IMG/VR virus record: IMGVR_UViG_2579778938_000006
Strand: one strand, 5' to 3'
DNA: 36,312 bases
Origin: a virus
Taxonomy: Duplodnaviria; Heunggongvirae; Uroviricota; Caudoviricetes
Notes under the pieces: generated by a model
Told to the model about the DNA's origin: nothing
Database searches by the model: none
Seen by the model: only the letters and a program-made list of their open reading frames with translations
Shown here: positions 18,294 through 27,492 of the stretch, in pieces
How positions within the stretch are numbered: the first letter of the stretch is position 1
Layout of the letters: each line of letters starts with the position of its first letter
Program-made: the position numbers and the translations under genes

Positions 18294-18496
18294 TGAAAGT
18301 GCGTGCGCATCAATATGACACGGTGGACGCACTTTGCTGGCGTCATTACGGGCGCACGCAGGGTGTCACGGAGCAGGTACTGAAGGCAAATCCGGGGCTT
18401 GCCGAATATGGCCCCTTTTTACCTCACGGGCTGCAGGTGGAGTTGCCGGACATTCCGACCACCACCACCGTGCAGACCGTCCAGCTATGGGACTGA
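18293..18496 (+). CDS. X: Tail protein X (P2 gpX, 67 aa)
   Basis: 67-aa ORF overlapping the L stop; size and position as P2 X. Confidence 0.8.
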   Translation: MKVRAHQYDTVDALCWRHYGRTQGVTEQVLKANPGLAEYGPFLPHGLQVELPDIPTTTTVQTVQLWD

Positions 18497-18499
18497 ATT

Positions 18500-18715
18500 A
18501 TGACGCTTGAGCGAATCAGCGCCTTTATCACGTACTGCATCGCCGTTGTGCTGGCCTGGCTGGGCGATTTGTCCATCAAGGATGCCTCAACGCTGGGCGG
18601 CCTGATGATTGGTGTGCTGATGCTGGCTATCAACTGGTACTACAAACACAAAGCCTACCAGCTTCTGCGCGACGGGCAGATCTCGCGGGAGGACTATGAA
18701 TCCATCAATCGTTAA
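18500..18715 (+). CDS. Holin (two-TMD class II, pinholin-like)
   Basis: 71 aa with two hydrophobic segments and a charged C-terminus; first gene of the lysis cassette. Confidence 0.7.
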   Translation: MTLERISAFITYCIAVVLAWLGDLSIKDASTLGGLMIGVLMLAINWYYKHKAYQLLRDGQISREDYESINR

Positions 18716-19208
18716 ACGCTGCCTTGTCGGGGGCGTGCTGGCTATTGCTGCCACGCTGCCGGGTTTTCAGCAGCTTCACACCTCCGTGGAGGGGCTGAAA
18801 CTGATTGCCGATTACGAAGGCTGTCGTCTGCAGCCGTATCAGTGCAGCGCGGGTGTCTGGACCGACGGCATTGGTAATACATCGGGCGTCATTCCCGGCA
18901 AAACAATCACGGAACGACAGGCAGCAGAAGGGCTGATCTCCAACATGCTGCGTGTGGAGCGGGCACTGGAAAGGTGTGTGAAGCAACAGCCACCACAGAA
19001 GGTGTATGACGCTACGGTGTCGTTTGCCTTCAACGTGGGGACGGGCAATGCCTGTAGTTCCACGCTGGTGAAATTGCTCAATCAGCGGCGCTGGGCGGAT
19101 GCGTGCCGACAGTTGCCGCGCTGGGTTTATGTAAAAGGTGTGTTTAATCAGGGGCTGGATAACCGCCGTGCGCGGGAGATGGCTTGGTGTTTACAGGGAG
19201 CAAACTGA
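18696..19208 (+). CDS. Endolysin (phage lysozyme), possible SAR-type N-terminus
   Basis: Lysozyme-like block EGLKLIADYEGCRLQPYQCSAGVWTDGIGNT; N-terminal Gly/Ala-rich weakly hydrophobic segment CLVGGVLAIAATLPGF. Confidence 0.8.
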   Translation: MNPSIVKRCLVGGVLAIAATLPGFQQLHTSVEGLKLIADYEGCRLQPYQCSAGVWTDGIGNTSGVIPGKTITERQAAEGLISNMLRVERALERCVKQQPPQKVYDATVSFAFNVGTGNACSSTLVKLLNQRRWADACRQLPRWVYVKGVFNQGLDNRRAREMAWCLQGAN

Positions 19209-19209
19209 A

Positions 19210-19587
19210 ATGAAAAAGAAATTAATCAGCGGACTGTTTCTGATGTTATGGATGGCGCTGTTAGTCGCAGCAATGGTGTATCCGCAGGGGATTTTTCCGG
19301 TACTGGCAGCGTCCGGCGTTTGGGTAGCCTGTTTGCTGACATGGGCGGTAATTCCGGTAGCACTGGCTGCGTTAATTAAGAATGGCCCGCTCTGGCAGGA
19401 GTTAAGGGCATCTTTGCTGAAGACAATTACCCGAAAAGAAAACGTATTTATCACCTGGGTGATGCGATTGCTGATTGTTGTAAGTCTCGCCTGGACGGGG
19501 TGGGCTATTACCCTGGTCTTTTATCTACTGACCGTTATTGCCTTCTGGATCACCCGTAATCAGATGGCGCAACAGGTAGCAGCATGA
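19210..19587 (+). CDS. lysA: LysA-like membrane protein (lysis timing)
   Basis: 125 aa, multiple TM segments; position after the endolysin. Confidence 0.7.
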   Translation: MKKKLISGLFLMLWMALLVAAMVYPQGIFPVLAASGVWVACLLTWAVIPVALAALIKNGPLWQELRASLLKTITRKENVFITWVMRLLIVVSLAWTGWAITLVFYLLTVIAFWITRNQMAQQVAA

Positions 19588-20012
19588 ACCGGTTGCTGCT
19601 GGTTGTGCTGGCGTTATTACTGGCGGCACTGGGCTGGCAGACGTGGCGGCTGGCTGATGCCAGCCAGACCATTAGCACGCAGGCAGACGAGCTGCAGAGC
19701 AAAAGCCAGGCACTGGCAAAGAGCAACAGCCAGCTTATCAGCCTGTCCATTCTGACTGAAACCAATAACCGGGAGCAGGCGCGGCTCTATGCCGAAGCAG
19801 AACAGACCAGCGCGCTGCTGAGACAACGACAACACCGGATCGAGGAACTGAAACGTGAGAACGAGGATTTACGCCGCTGGGCTGATACTCCTTTGCCTGC
19901 TGACATTATCCGGCTGCGGGAACGTCCGACGCTCACCGGAGGTGCAGCTTACCGTCAGTGGTTGTCCGCGAGTGACGCCGTGTCGGCTGGATCAGGCAGC
20001 GCCGCGCACTAA
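19584..20012 (+). CDS. lysB: LysB (Rz-like inner-membrane spanin)
   Basis: N-terminal TM anchor then coiled-coil-like region; position. Confidence 0.75.
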   Translation: MNRLLLVVLALLLAALGWQTWRLADASQTISTQADELQSKSQALAKSNSQLISLSILTETNNREQARLYAEAEQTSALLRQRQHRIEELKRENEDLRRWADTPLPADIIRLRERPTLTGGAAYRQWLSASDAVSAGSGSAAH

Positions 20013-20145
20013 CGGTGATCTGAACGCGTTGCTGGATGAAACGGAGGCCGCCTGGGCGGTCTGTGCAGACAAAGTGGACATGATTATTGCGTGTCAGGAG
20101 CGAAACAGTGAACAAACCACAATCCCTGCGCCACGCCCTAAATAA
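19855..20145 (+). CDS. lysC: LysC (Rz1-like outer-membrane lipoprotein spanin), overlapping lysB in another frame
   Basis: Signal peptide with lipobox LSGC; Pro-rich; starts inside lysB in a different frame. Confidence 0.7.
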   Translation: MRTRIYAAGLILLCLLTLSGCGNVRRSPEVQLTVSGCPRVTPCRLDQAAPRTNGDLNALLDETEAAWAVCADKVDMIIACQERNSEQTTIPAPRPK

Positions 20146-20539
20146 AGCGGTGCCTTATGTCCGCAATAACCCGGAAAAACTGCATCTGTTTGTGGATAAC
20201 GGTTCGCTGGTTGCCACGGGGGCCAGCTCCATGTCGTGGGAGTACCGTTACACCCTGAACGCGGTGATTGAGGATTTCAGCGGCGACCAGAATCTGTTGA
20301 TGGCCCCGGTTTTGCTGTGGCTGAGGGATAACCAGCCCGATGCCATCAATAACCCGGCGTTACGGGAAAAACTATTCACCTTTGAGGTGGATATTCTGCG
20401 CAACGATGTCTGTGATATCAGCTTGAACCTGCAACTGACGGAACGTGTGCTGGTCAGCACTGACGGCAGTGTGTCGAGCGTTGAAGCTGTAGCGGAACCC
20501 GATGAACCTGAAGAAATGTGGACGGTGAAACGTGGCTGA
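20087..20539 (+). CDS. R: Tail completion protein R (P2 gpR)
   Basis: 150-aa ORF, synteny; exact start uncertain. Confidence 0.7.
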   Translation: MRVRSETVNKPQSLRHALNKAVPYVRNNPEKLHLFVDNGSLVATGASSMSWEYRYTLNAVIEDFSGDQNLLMAPVLLWLRDNQPDAINNPALREKLFTFEVDILRNDVCDISLNLQLTERVLVSTDGSVSSVEAVAEPDEPEEMWTVKRG

Positions 20540-20984
20540 ACTGCAGAAAGTGGACGACTGGCTGAGTGCCTTGCTGGCGAATCTGGAACCAGCCGCCAGA
20601 AGCCGCATGATGCGCCAGCTGGCGCAGGAACTGCGCCGGACACAGCAGCAGAATATCAGGATGCAGCGCAACCCTGACGGCAGCAGTTATGAACCGCGAC
20701 GGGTAACAGCACGAAGTAAAAAAGGGCGCATCAAACGTCAGATGTTTGCAAAGCTGCGCACCACAAAATACCTGAAAACCGCCGCCAGCGCGGATTCTGC
20801 CAGCGTACAGTTTGAAGGTAAGGTGCAGCGCATTGCCCGCGTTCATCATTACGGCCTGCGCGATCGCGTCAGTCCAAAGGGGGGAGTCATTAAGTATCCA
20901 TCCCGAAAATTGCTGGGTTTAAATGAACATACTGAAAATGAAGTAAGAGATTTACTTTTAAAGTATTTTTTGATGAAAAATTAG
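20532..20984 (+). CDS. S: Tail completion protein S (P2 gpS)
   Basis: 150-aa ORF; the last ~30 codons run into AT-rich DNA. Confidence 0.8.
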   Translation: MAELQKVDDWLSALLANLEPAARSRMMRQLAQELRRTQQQNIRMQRNPDGSSYEPRRVTARSKKGRIKRQMFAKLRTTKYLKTAASADSASVQFEGKVQRIARVHHYGLRDRVSPKGGVIKYPSRKLLGLNEHTENEVRDLLLKYFLMKN

Positions 20985-20989
20985 AATGT

Positions 20990-21520
20990 TTACGCACTTA
21001 ATAAACTTAAATAACTTTTTATGCTTTGGCAAAAAGGGAAAAGGTCTATTTTAATTTTCCAGTTTTTTTTGTTTTGAACCCCAGAAGCAATAATAGAACC
21101 ATCCCAATATTTTATTCCATTTTTGCCGGTCTTTTTTGTTAACTCAAAACTTAATGCGTGAATAATTTTATTGCAGCATTCGCGTATAGAACCTTTAACA
21201 TGACCATCTATAACAAAAAGTATATTTTCATGTTCTTCAAATGCTTCTTTCTCAGGTGAGTAATCTGGGTTCCACTCATGTTCACTAGTGTCTTGGAGAA
21301 TTCGTAGTTTTGTACAAAGGCTAATAAGATTGTTGCTAATGGTATATTCCAACCATCCGTTGTACGATAACTCCTCCATTTCAAATTCAGTTACTATAGA
21401 ATCATCATATACTTTCTGTGTGGAATATATACGCTGTAAATAAAATTCAGATGAACAGCATAATTGCTCAATTATTCTTGCGTGTTCTTCTATAGCGTAA
21501 TAATCAATTGGATGGCTCAT
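20990..21520 (-). CDS. Hypothetical moron protein (176 aa; 189 aa if started at 21559) between tail genes S and V on the opposite strand
   Basis: AT-rich ORF antiparallel to the late operons; AAAGG SD before ATG 21520; convergent with S, divergent from V. Confidence 0.6.
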   Translation of the reverse strand: MSHPIDYYAIEEHARIIEQLCCSSEFYLQRIYSTQKVYDDSIVTEFEMEELSYNGWLEYTISNNLISLCTKLRILQDTSEHEWNPDYSPEKEAFEEHENILFVIDGHVKGSIRECCNKIIHALSFELTKKTGKNGIKYWDGSIIASGVQNKKNWKIKIDLFPFCQSIKSYLSLLSA

Positions 21521-21551
21521 TCTTTTACCTTTCTTCGATTGGAATTGTATT

Positions 21552-21569
21552 TGTGTCATTTACCACACA
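21552..21569. promoter_or_regulatory. TGT-N12-ACA dyad (Ogr/Delta site) upstream of V (PV-like late promoter)
   Basis: TGTgtcatttaccacACA centred ~55 bp upstream of the V ATG. Confidence 0.45.
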
Positions 21570-21615
21570 AGGACGTATTGATGCCATAGATTCAAGGTCC
21601 GTGCAACCTAACCCT

Positions 21616-22194
21616 ATGAACGCACAACTAACCGAAATCATGCGCCTTATCACCAACCTGATCCGCACTGGGGTAGTCACCGAAGTGGATCGGGAGAACT
21701 GGCTTTGCCGGGTGAAAACGGGCGAGCTTGAAACCAACTGGATCAGCTGGCTGACGCTGCGTGCCGGGAATGCCCGGACATGGTGGCGACCATCGGAAGG
21801 TGAGCAGGTGGTGCTGCTGAGTCTGGGCGGAAATCTGGAAACCGCCTTTGCGTTGCCCGCCATCTATTCGAATCAGTTCGCTCCACCGTCGACGTCGGCG
21901 GATGCCTGCGTGACAGAGCATCCTGACGGCGGCTGGTTTGAATATGAACCCGCCACCGGGCGCTGGTATGTCAGGGGCATCAAATCCATGGTTATTGAGG
22001 CTGTCGACAACATCACCATGAAAACCAGTGAGTTTGTACTGGAGGCTGACCGCACGCGCATTAACAGCGAAGTGGTGATCAATGGTGGCGTTACCCAGGG
22101 CGGCGGAGCGATGAGTTCTAACGGGATTGTGGTTGATGCGCATCAGCATACTGGCGTCCTGAAAGGCGGCGACACAACCGGAGGCCCGGTATGA
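21616..22194 (+). CDS. V: Baseplate spike/assembly protein V (P2 gpV)
   Basis: 192 aa; synteny V-W-J-I. Confidence 0.8.
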   Translation: MNAQLTEIMRLITNLIRTGVVTEVDRENWLCRVKTGELETNWISWLTLRAGNARTWWRPSEGEQVVLLSLGGNLETAFALPAIYSNQFAPPSTSADACVTEHPDGGWFEYEPATGRWYVRGIKSMVIEAVDNITMKTSEFVLEADRTRINSEVVINGGVTQGGGAMSSNGIVVDAHQHTGVLKGGDTTGGPV

Positions 22195-22550
22195 CGCTTT
22201 ATAGCGGGATGAACAATACCAGCGGCAAAGCCATTACTGATATTGACCATCTGCGCCAGTCGGTGCGGGACATTCTGCTGACGCCACAGGGTAGCCGCAT
22301 TGCCCGTCGTGAATATGGTTCCCTGCTGTCGGCACTGATAGACCAGCCACAAAATCCGGCATTACGCCTGCAGGTCATGTCGGCAGTGTATGTGGCGCTG
22401 AGTCGCTGGGAGCCACGGCTGACGCTGGATTCCATCACCATCAACAGCAACTTTGACGGTTCTATGGTGGTGGAGCTGACCGGGCGGCGGAATAACGGTG
22501 TGCCTGTGTCCCTTTCCGTATCAACAGGAGCAGAGAATGGCAGTGATTGA
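22191..22550 (+). CDS. W: Baseplate protein W (gp25-like)
   Basis: 119 aa; overlaps the V stop; synteny. Confidence 0.85.
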   Translation: MTLYSGMNNTSGKAITDIDHLRQSVRDILLTPQGSRIARREYGSLLSALIDQPQNPALRLQVMSAVYVALSRWEPRLTLDSITINSNFDGSMVVELTGRRNNGVPVSLSVSTGAENGSD

Positions 22551-23445
22551 CCTTTCGCAGTTGCCTGCGCCGCAGATTGTGGATGTGCCGGACTTTGAGA
22601 CGCTGCTTGCCGAACGCAAGGCAGAATTTGTGGCGCTTCATCCGAAAGATGAACAGGAGGCTGTGATGCGTACGCTGGAACTGGAATCTGAACCCGTCAC
22701 CAAATTGTTGCAGGAGAACGCTTATCGTGAGCTGCTTCTGCGCCAGCGCATTAACGAAGCCGCGCAGGCGGTGATGGTGGCTTATGCGATGGGCGGCGAT
22801 CTGGACCAGCTCGCCGCCAATTACAACGTGAAACGCCTGACGGTGATACCTGCTGATGATGACGCTGTGCCGCCCGTTGCGGCTGTGATGGAAAGCGATG
22901 AAGCGTTACGCCTGCGTGTGCCTGCAGCCTTTGAGGGGCTTTCAGTTGCGGGGCCAACTGCAGCTTATGAATTTCATGCCCGAAGCGCCGACGGTCGGGT
23001 GGCGGATGCCAGTGCAACCAGTCCGGCCCCTGCAGAGGTGGTGCTGACTGTCCTGAGTCGCGAAGGCGACGGAACAGCAGAAAAAGACTTGCTGGATGTG
23101 GTGGAGAACGCCCTGAACAGTGAGAACGTCCGCCCGGTGGCTGACCGTCTGACGGTTCGCAGCGCAGAAATCATCCCGTACCGCGTGGAAGCCACCATTT
23201 TTCTCTACCCGGGGCCGGAAGCAGAGCCGGTAATGGCAGCGGCAAAAGCCAGCCTGCAGAAGTACATCGCCAGTCAGACGCGTCTTGGTCGGGATATTCG
23301 CCGTAGCGCCATCTTTGCCGCCCTGCATGTTGAGGGTGTGCAGCGTGTGGAGCTGGCTTCTCCTCTGGCGGATGTGGTCCTGAACAAAACACAGGCGGCA
23401 TCATGTACGCAGTGGAGCGTAACCAACGGAGGAACGGATGAATAG
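22537..23445 (+). CDS. J: Baseplate protein J
   Basis: 302 aa from MAVIDLSQLP; synteny. Confidence 0.85.
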   Translation: MAVIDLSQLPAPQIVDVPDFETLLAERKAEFVALHPKDEQEAVMRTLELESEPVTKLLQENAYRELLLRQRINEAAQAVMVAYAMGGDLDQLAANYNVKRLTVIPADDDAVPPVAAVMESDEALRLRVPAAFEGLSVAGPTAAYEFHARSADGRVADASATSPAPAEVVLTVLSREGDGTAEKDLLDVVENALNSENVRPVADRLTVRSAEIIPYRVEATIFLYPGPEAEPVMAAAKASLQKYIASQTRLGRDIRRSAIFAALHVEGVQRVELASPLADVVLNKTQAASCTQWSVTNGGTDE

Positions 23446-24043
23446 TCTGCTGCCACCGGGTTCAACACCACTGGAGCGCCGACTGGCGCAAACCTGCAGC
23501 GGGATTTCTGATCTGCAGGTGCCGCTGCGTGACTTGTGGAATCCGGCGACCTGTCCGGTCAGCTTCCTGCCTTATCTCGCCTGGGCGTTCTCTGTGGATC
23601 GCTGGGATGAGGGCTGGACTGAAAGCGTCAAACGTCAGGTGGTGAAGGATGCTTTTTATATTCATCAGCATAAAGGAACCACCAGTGCCGTGCGGCGGGT
23701 AGTGGAACCGTTCGGCTTCCTGATCCGCATTATTGAGTGGTGGCAGACCGGAGAAACACCGGGCACGTTTCGCCTGGATATCGGCGTGCAGGACCAGGGC
23801 ATTACTGAAGATACCTATCTGGAACTTGAGCGACTGATAAGCGATGCCAAACCATGTAGCCGTCACATGATCGGCATGTCCATTAACCTGCAGACCAGCG
23901 GCCCGCATTGGGTGGGAGTCGCCAGCTATCTTGGCGAAGAAATCACGATCTATCCGTATATCAACGAAACGATTATTTCCGGTGGCACCGCGCATGAAGG
24001 CGGGGCGGTCCATGTTATTGACACAATGAGAGTGAATCCATGA
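23438..24043 (+). CDS. I: Baseplate/tail protein I
   Basis: 201 aa; synteny. Confidence 0.85.
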   Translation: MNSLLPPGSTPLERRLAQTCSGISDLQVPLRDLWNPATCPVSFLPYLAWAFSVDRWDEGWTESVKRQVVKDAFYIHQHKGTTSAVRRVVEPFGFLIRIIEWWQTGETPGTFRLDIGVQDQGITEDTYLELERLISDAKPCSRHMIGMSINLQTSGPHWVGVASYLGEEITIYPYINETIISGGTAHEGGAVHVIDTMRVNP

Positions 24044-25791
24044 GCACAAAATTTTATACCCTGCTGACGGATATTGGCGCGGCGAAACTTGCCAGCGCCG
24101 CCGCGCTCGGTGTGCCTTTAAAAATTACCCATATGGCGGTCGGTGATGGCGGCGGAACATTGCCAACGCCGGACGCAAAGCAGACTGGGCTGGTGAATGA
24201 GAAACGCCGGGCTGCGCTGAATATGCTGTACATCGACCCGCAGAACAGCAGCCAGATTATTGCTGAACAGGTGATCCCTGAAAACGAGGGTGGTTGGTGG
24301 ATACGTGAAGTGGGCCTGTTTGATGAGTCCGGAGCATTGATTGCCGTGGGCAACTGCCCGGAAAGCTATAAGCCGCAACTGGCTGAAGGCAGCGGGCGTA
24401 CCCAGACCGTGCGTATGGTGTTGATTACCAGCAGCACGGACAATATCACCCTGAAAATCGACCCTGCTGTAGTACTGGCAACTCGCAAGTATGTGGATGA
24501 CAAAATATCAGAGCACGAACAGTCACGACGTCACCCGGACGCCTCGCTGACCGCAAAAGGTTTTACTCAGTTAAGCAGTGCGACCAACAGTGAATCCGAA
24601 ATACTGGCCGCAACACCGAAGGCAGTGAAGGCTGTATATGACCTTGCAGCAGGTAAGGCACCTGTCAGTCACACGCACCCGTGGAATCAGATAACAGGTG
24701 TACCTGCAGCCTCGCTGACGGTAAAAGGCACCGTGCAACTCAGCAGCGCCACTAACAGCACATCAGAAACGCAGGCTGCCACACCAAAGGCAGTGAAGGC
24801 GGCATATGACCTTGCAGCAGGTAAGGCACCTGTCAGTCACACGCACCCGTGGAGCCAGATAACGGATGTGCCTGCAGCTTCACTGACGGTAAAAGGCACC
24901 GTGCAACTCAGCAGCGCCACTAACAGCACGTCAGAAACGCAGGCTGCCACACCAAAAGCTGTGAAGGCTGTATATGACCTTGCCAATGGAAAACAACCTG
25001 CCGACGCCACGCTGACCGCACTGGCAGGCCTTGCCACTGCGGCAGACAAACTTCCGTATTTTACGGGGAATGATACAGCCAGCCTGACAACCCTGACTAA
25101 CGTTGGACGGAATATTCTGGATAAAGCAAGCACACAGGCGGTTATTCAATATCTTGGTCTGAGCGATGCAAGTGGATACGTTGGACGCTGGCTGAATACC
25201 CGGGTTTTCACCTCATCAGGTACGTACACCCCGACGCCAGGAACAAAACGGATCAGGGTCACAATAACTGGCGGCGGTGGCGGTGGGGGCGGCTGCAAGG
25301 CTATATCCAATAATGAAACGTTTTTCGGTGCTGGCGGTGGGGCCGGTGGAACAATAATTTCAATAATGACCCCGACACAGAATAGTTATCCAGTCACTAT
25401 CGGCGCAGGTGGGGCCGGTGGTGTTAGTGCGACGTACGGCATCAATGGCGGTAATAGCTTATTCGCATCGTTAATTGCTCCTGGTGGCGCAGGTGGCGGG
25501 AAAGTGGGAGTTACAAATACAAACGGCGGTAACGGAGGTGTGCCGAGTACTGGCGATATCCGCATCACTGGTGGAAATGGAGGCGACGGTCAGTCCGGAA
25601 ATATCAGCGTCAGCGGTGAAGGCGGAACATCGTACTGGGGTGGCGGTGGACGCGCAGGCGCTGGCGGTGGCGTTAGCGGTAAGGCATATGGTTCAGGCGG
25701 AGGTGGTGCATACGATGCCGGTTATAGCGGAACCAGTATGACGGGCGGGAAAGGCGCTGCAGGGATTTGTATTATCGAGGAGTTTGCATAA
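24040..25791 (+). CDS. H: Tail fibre protein H with tandem 56-aa repeats and a glycine-rich C-terminal domain
   Basis: N-terminus MSTKFYTLLTDIGAAKLA typical of P2 H; 168-bp tandem DNA repeats; C-terminal GGxGG-rich ~190 aa ending GICIIEEFA. Confidence 0.85.
   Translation: MSTKFYTLLTDIGAAKLASAAALGVPLKITHMAVGDGGGTLPTPDAKQTGLVNEKRRAALNMLYIDPQNSSQIIAEQVIPENEGGWWIREVGLFDESGALIAVGNCPESYKPQLAEGSGRTQTVRMVLITSSTDNITLKIDPAVVLATRKYVDDKISEHEQSRRHPDASLTAKGFTQLSSATNSESEILAATPKAVKAVYDLAAGKAPVSHTHPWNQITGVPAASLTVKGTVQLSSATNSTSETQAATPKAVKAAYDLAAGKAPVSHTHPWSQITDVPAASLTVKGTVQLSSATNSTSETQAATPKAVKAVYDLANGKQPADATLTALAGLATAADKLPYFTGNDTASLTTLTNVGRNILDKASTQAVIQYLGLSDASGYVGRWLNTRVFTSSGTYTPTPGTKRIRVTITGGGGGGGGCKAISNNETFFGAGGGAGGTIISIMTPTQNSYPVTIGAGGAGGVSATYGINGGNSLFASLIAPGGAGGGKVGVTNTNGGNGGVPSTGDIRITGGNGGDGQSGNISVSGEGGTSYWGGGGRAGAGGGVSGKAYGSGGGGAYDAGYSGTSMTGGKGAAGICIIEEFA
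24541..24990 (+). repeat. Tandem 168-bp repeat (~2.7 copies) inside tail fibre gene H
   Basis: Units begin at 24541, 24709 and 24877 with a few substitutions; encode ASLTxKGxxQLSSATNSxSExxAATPKAVKAxYDLAAGKAPVSHTHPWxQITxVP. Confidence 0.85.
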
Positions 25792-26204
25792 TGAATGCGT
25801 CATATGCAGTTATTGAAAATGGGATGGTTGTGAATGTCATTGTCTGGGATGGTGAGGATGAATTCACTGTGCCGGATAATCTGCAGCTCATTAATATTTC
25901 TGATATCAGTGAGCAGCCCGGAATCGGCTGGGCGTATTCAGACGGGGTATTTACTGCGCCGCTCCCTCCGGAACGTTCTCATGATGAACTGGTAGCTGAC
26001 GCTGAACAGAAAAAACAGTCGCTGATAGACGCAGCAATGGTCAATATCAGCGTGATTCAGTTAAAGCTGCAGGCCGGGCGCAAACTGACGCAAGAGGAAA
26101 CTACCCGACTTAACGTTGTGCTGGATTATATCGAGGCTGTGACGGCAACAAATACCAGCACCGCACCTGATATTATTTGGCCTGTTTTCCCTGCAAGCAG
26201 ATAA
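25791..26204 (+). CDS. G: Tail fibre assembly chaperone (P2 gpG/Tfa family)
   Basis: 137 aa starting at the ATG that overlaps the H stop; position after H. Confidence 0.75.
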   Translation: MNASYAVIENGMVVNVIVWDGEDEFTVPDNLQLINISDISEQPGIGWAYSDGVFTAPLPPERSHDELVADAEQKKQSLIDAAMVNISVIQLKLQAGRKLTQEETTRLNVVLDYIEAVTATNTSTAPDIIWPVFPASR

Positions 26205-26216
26205 ATACCGTCATTT

Positions 26217-26234
26217 TGTGTGAATAACGGTACA
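26217..26234. promoter_or_regulatory. TGT-N12-ACA dyad (Ogr/Delta site) upstream of FI (PF-like late promoter)
   Basis: TGTgtgaataacggtACA centred ~85 bp upstream of the FI ATG. Confidence 0.5.
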
Positions 26235-26310
26235 ACTGCGCTTAGCTGCTTGTCAGACACAATCACTTCAACATAGGGCGAAGCCTAATCCAATCAGGAG
26301 GTTCGCCACT

Positions 26311-27483
26311 ATGGCTCAGGATTACCACCACGGAGTGCGCGTTGTTGAAGTCAACGAAGGCACTCGATCCATTACCACGGTGAGCACCGCCATCGTGGGC
26401 ATGGTCTGCACGGGCGATGATGCCGATGCAAAAATGTTCCCTCTTAATAAACCCGTGCTGATCACTGATGTGCTTACTGCCAGCGGTAAGGCGGGTGAAT
26501 CCGGTACGCTGGCCCGTTCGCTGGATGCCATCGCTGACCAGGCAAAACCCGTGACCGTTGTTGTGCGTGTGCCGCAGGGTGAAACGGAAGAAGAAACCAC
26601 GACCAATATCATCGGCGCAGTGACTGCTGAAGGTAAAAAAACTGGTATGAAAGCCCTGTTATCTGCCCAGTCACAGCTCGGTGTTAAACCGCGCATTCTC
26701 GGCGTGCCGGGGCACGATAATAAAGCCGTTGCTACTGAGTTGCTGGGCGTGGCGCAAAGCCTGCGTGGGTTTGCTTACCTGTCAGCGTATGGCTGCAAGA
26801 CGGTGCAGGAGGCGATCACTTACCGTAAAAACTTCAGTCAGCGTGAAGGGATGCTGATTTGGCCTGACTTTACTGGCTGGGACACGGTGCTGAATGCCGA
26901 CGCAACGGCATATGCCACCGCCCGTGCGCTTGGTCTGCGTGCCAAAATTGATGAGCAGACAGGGTGGCACAAAAGCCTGTCCAACGTGGGCGTGAACGGT
27001 GTCACCGGAATTTCTGCTGATGTGTTCTGGGATCTGCAGGACCCGGCAACTGATGCGGGACTGCTTAACCAGAACGATGTTACCACACTTATCCGCAAAG
27101 ACGGCTTTCGCTTCTGGGGTTCCCGCTGTCTGAGTGATGACCCACTCTTTGCCTTTGAAAACTACACCCGCACGGCGCAGGTGCTGATGGACACGATGGC
27201 AGAAGCGCCAATGTGGGCGGTCGACAAACCGCTGAATCCGTCGCTGGCCCGCGACATTATCGAAGGTATCCGCGCCAAAATGCGCAGCCTGATCAGTCAG
27301 GGCTATCTCATTGGTGGCGATTGCTGGCTGGATGAGTCGGTGAACGACAAAGACACTCTGAAAGCTGGAAAACTCACCATCGACTACGACTACACACCAG
27401 TGCCGCCACTTGAAAACCTGATGCTGCGTCAGCGCATCACCGATCAGTACCTGGTGAATTTCGCCAGCCAGGTCAGCGCGTAA
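26311..27483 (+). CDS. FI: Contractile tail sheath protein FI
   Basis: 390 aa; AGGAGG SD; synteny. Confidence 0.9.
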   Translation: MAQDYHHGVRVVEVNEGTRSITTVSTAIVGMVCTGDDADAKMFPLNKPVLITDVLTASGKAGESGTLARSLDAIADQAKPVTVVVRVPQGETEEETTTNIIGAVTAEGKKTGMKALLSAQSQLGVKPRILGVPGHDNKAVATELLGVAQSLRGFAYLSAYGCKTVQEAITYRKNFSQREGMLIWPDFTGWDTVLNADATAYATARALGLRAKIDEQTGWHKSLSNVGVNGVTGISADVFWDLQDPATDAGLLNQNDVTTLIRKDGFRFWGSRCLSDDPLFAFENYTRTAQVLMDTMAEAPMWAVDKPLNPSLARDIIEGIRAKMRSLISQGYLIGGDCWLDESVNDKDTLKAGKLTIDYDYTPVPPLENLMLRQRITDQYLVNFASQVSA

Positions 27484-27492
27484 GGGGACAAC

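Noticed and set aside
24040-26204. Invertible tail-fibre segment (Cin/Min/Gin-type host-range switch)
   Set aside because: No invertase gene and no inverted duplicate of the fibre C-terminus; the tail fibre assembly gene follows H directly on the same strand.
26205-26310. Second P2 hotspot (Z/fun position between G and FI)
   Set aside because: Only ~106 bp of intergenic DNA here, containing the PF-like dyad; no cargo gene is present at this locus.
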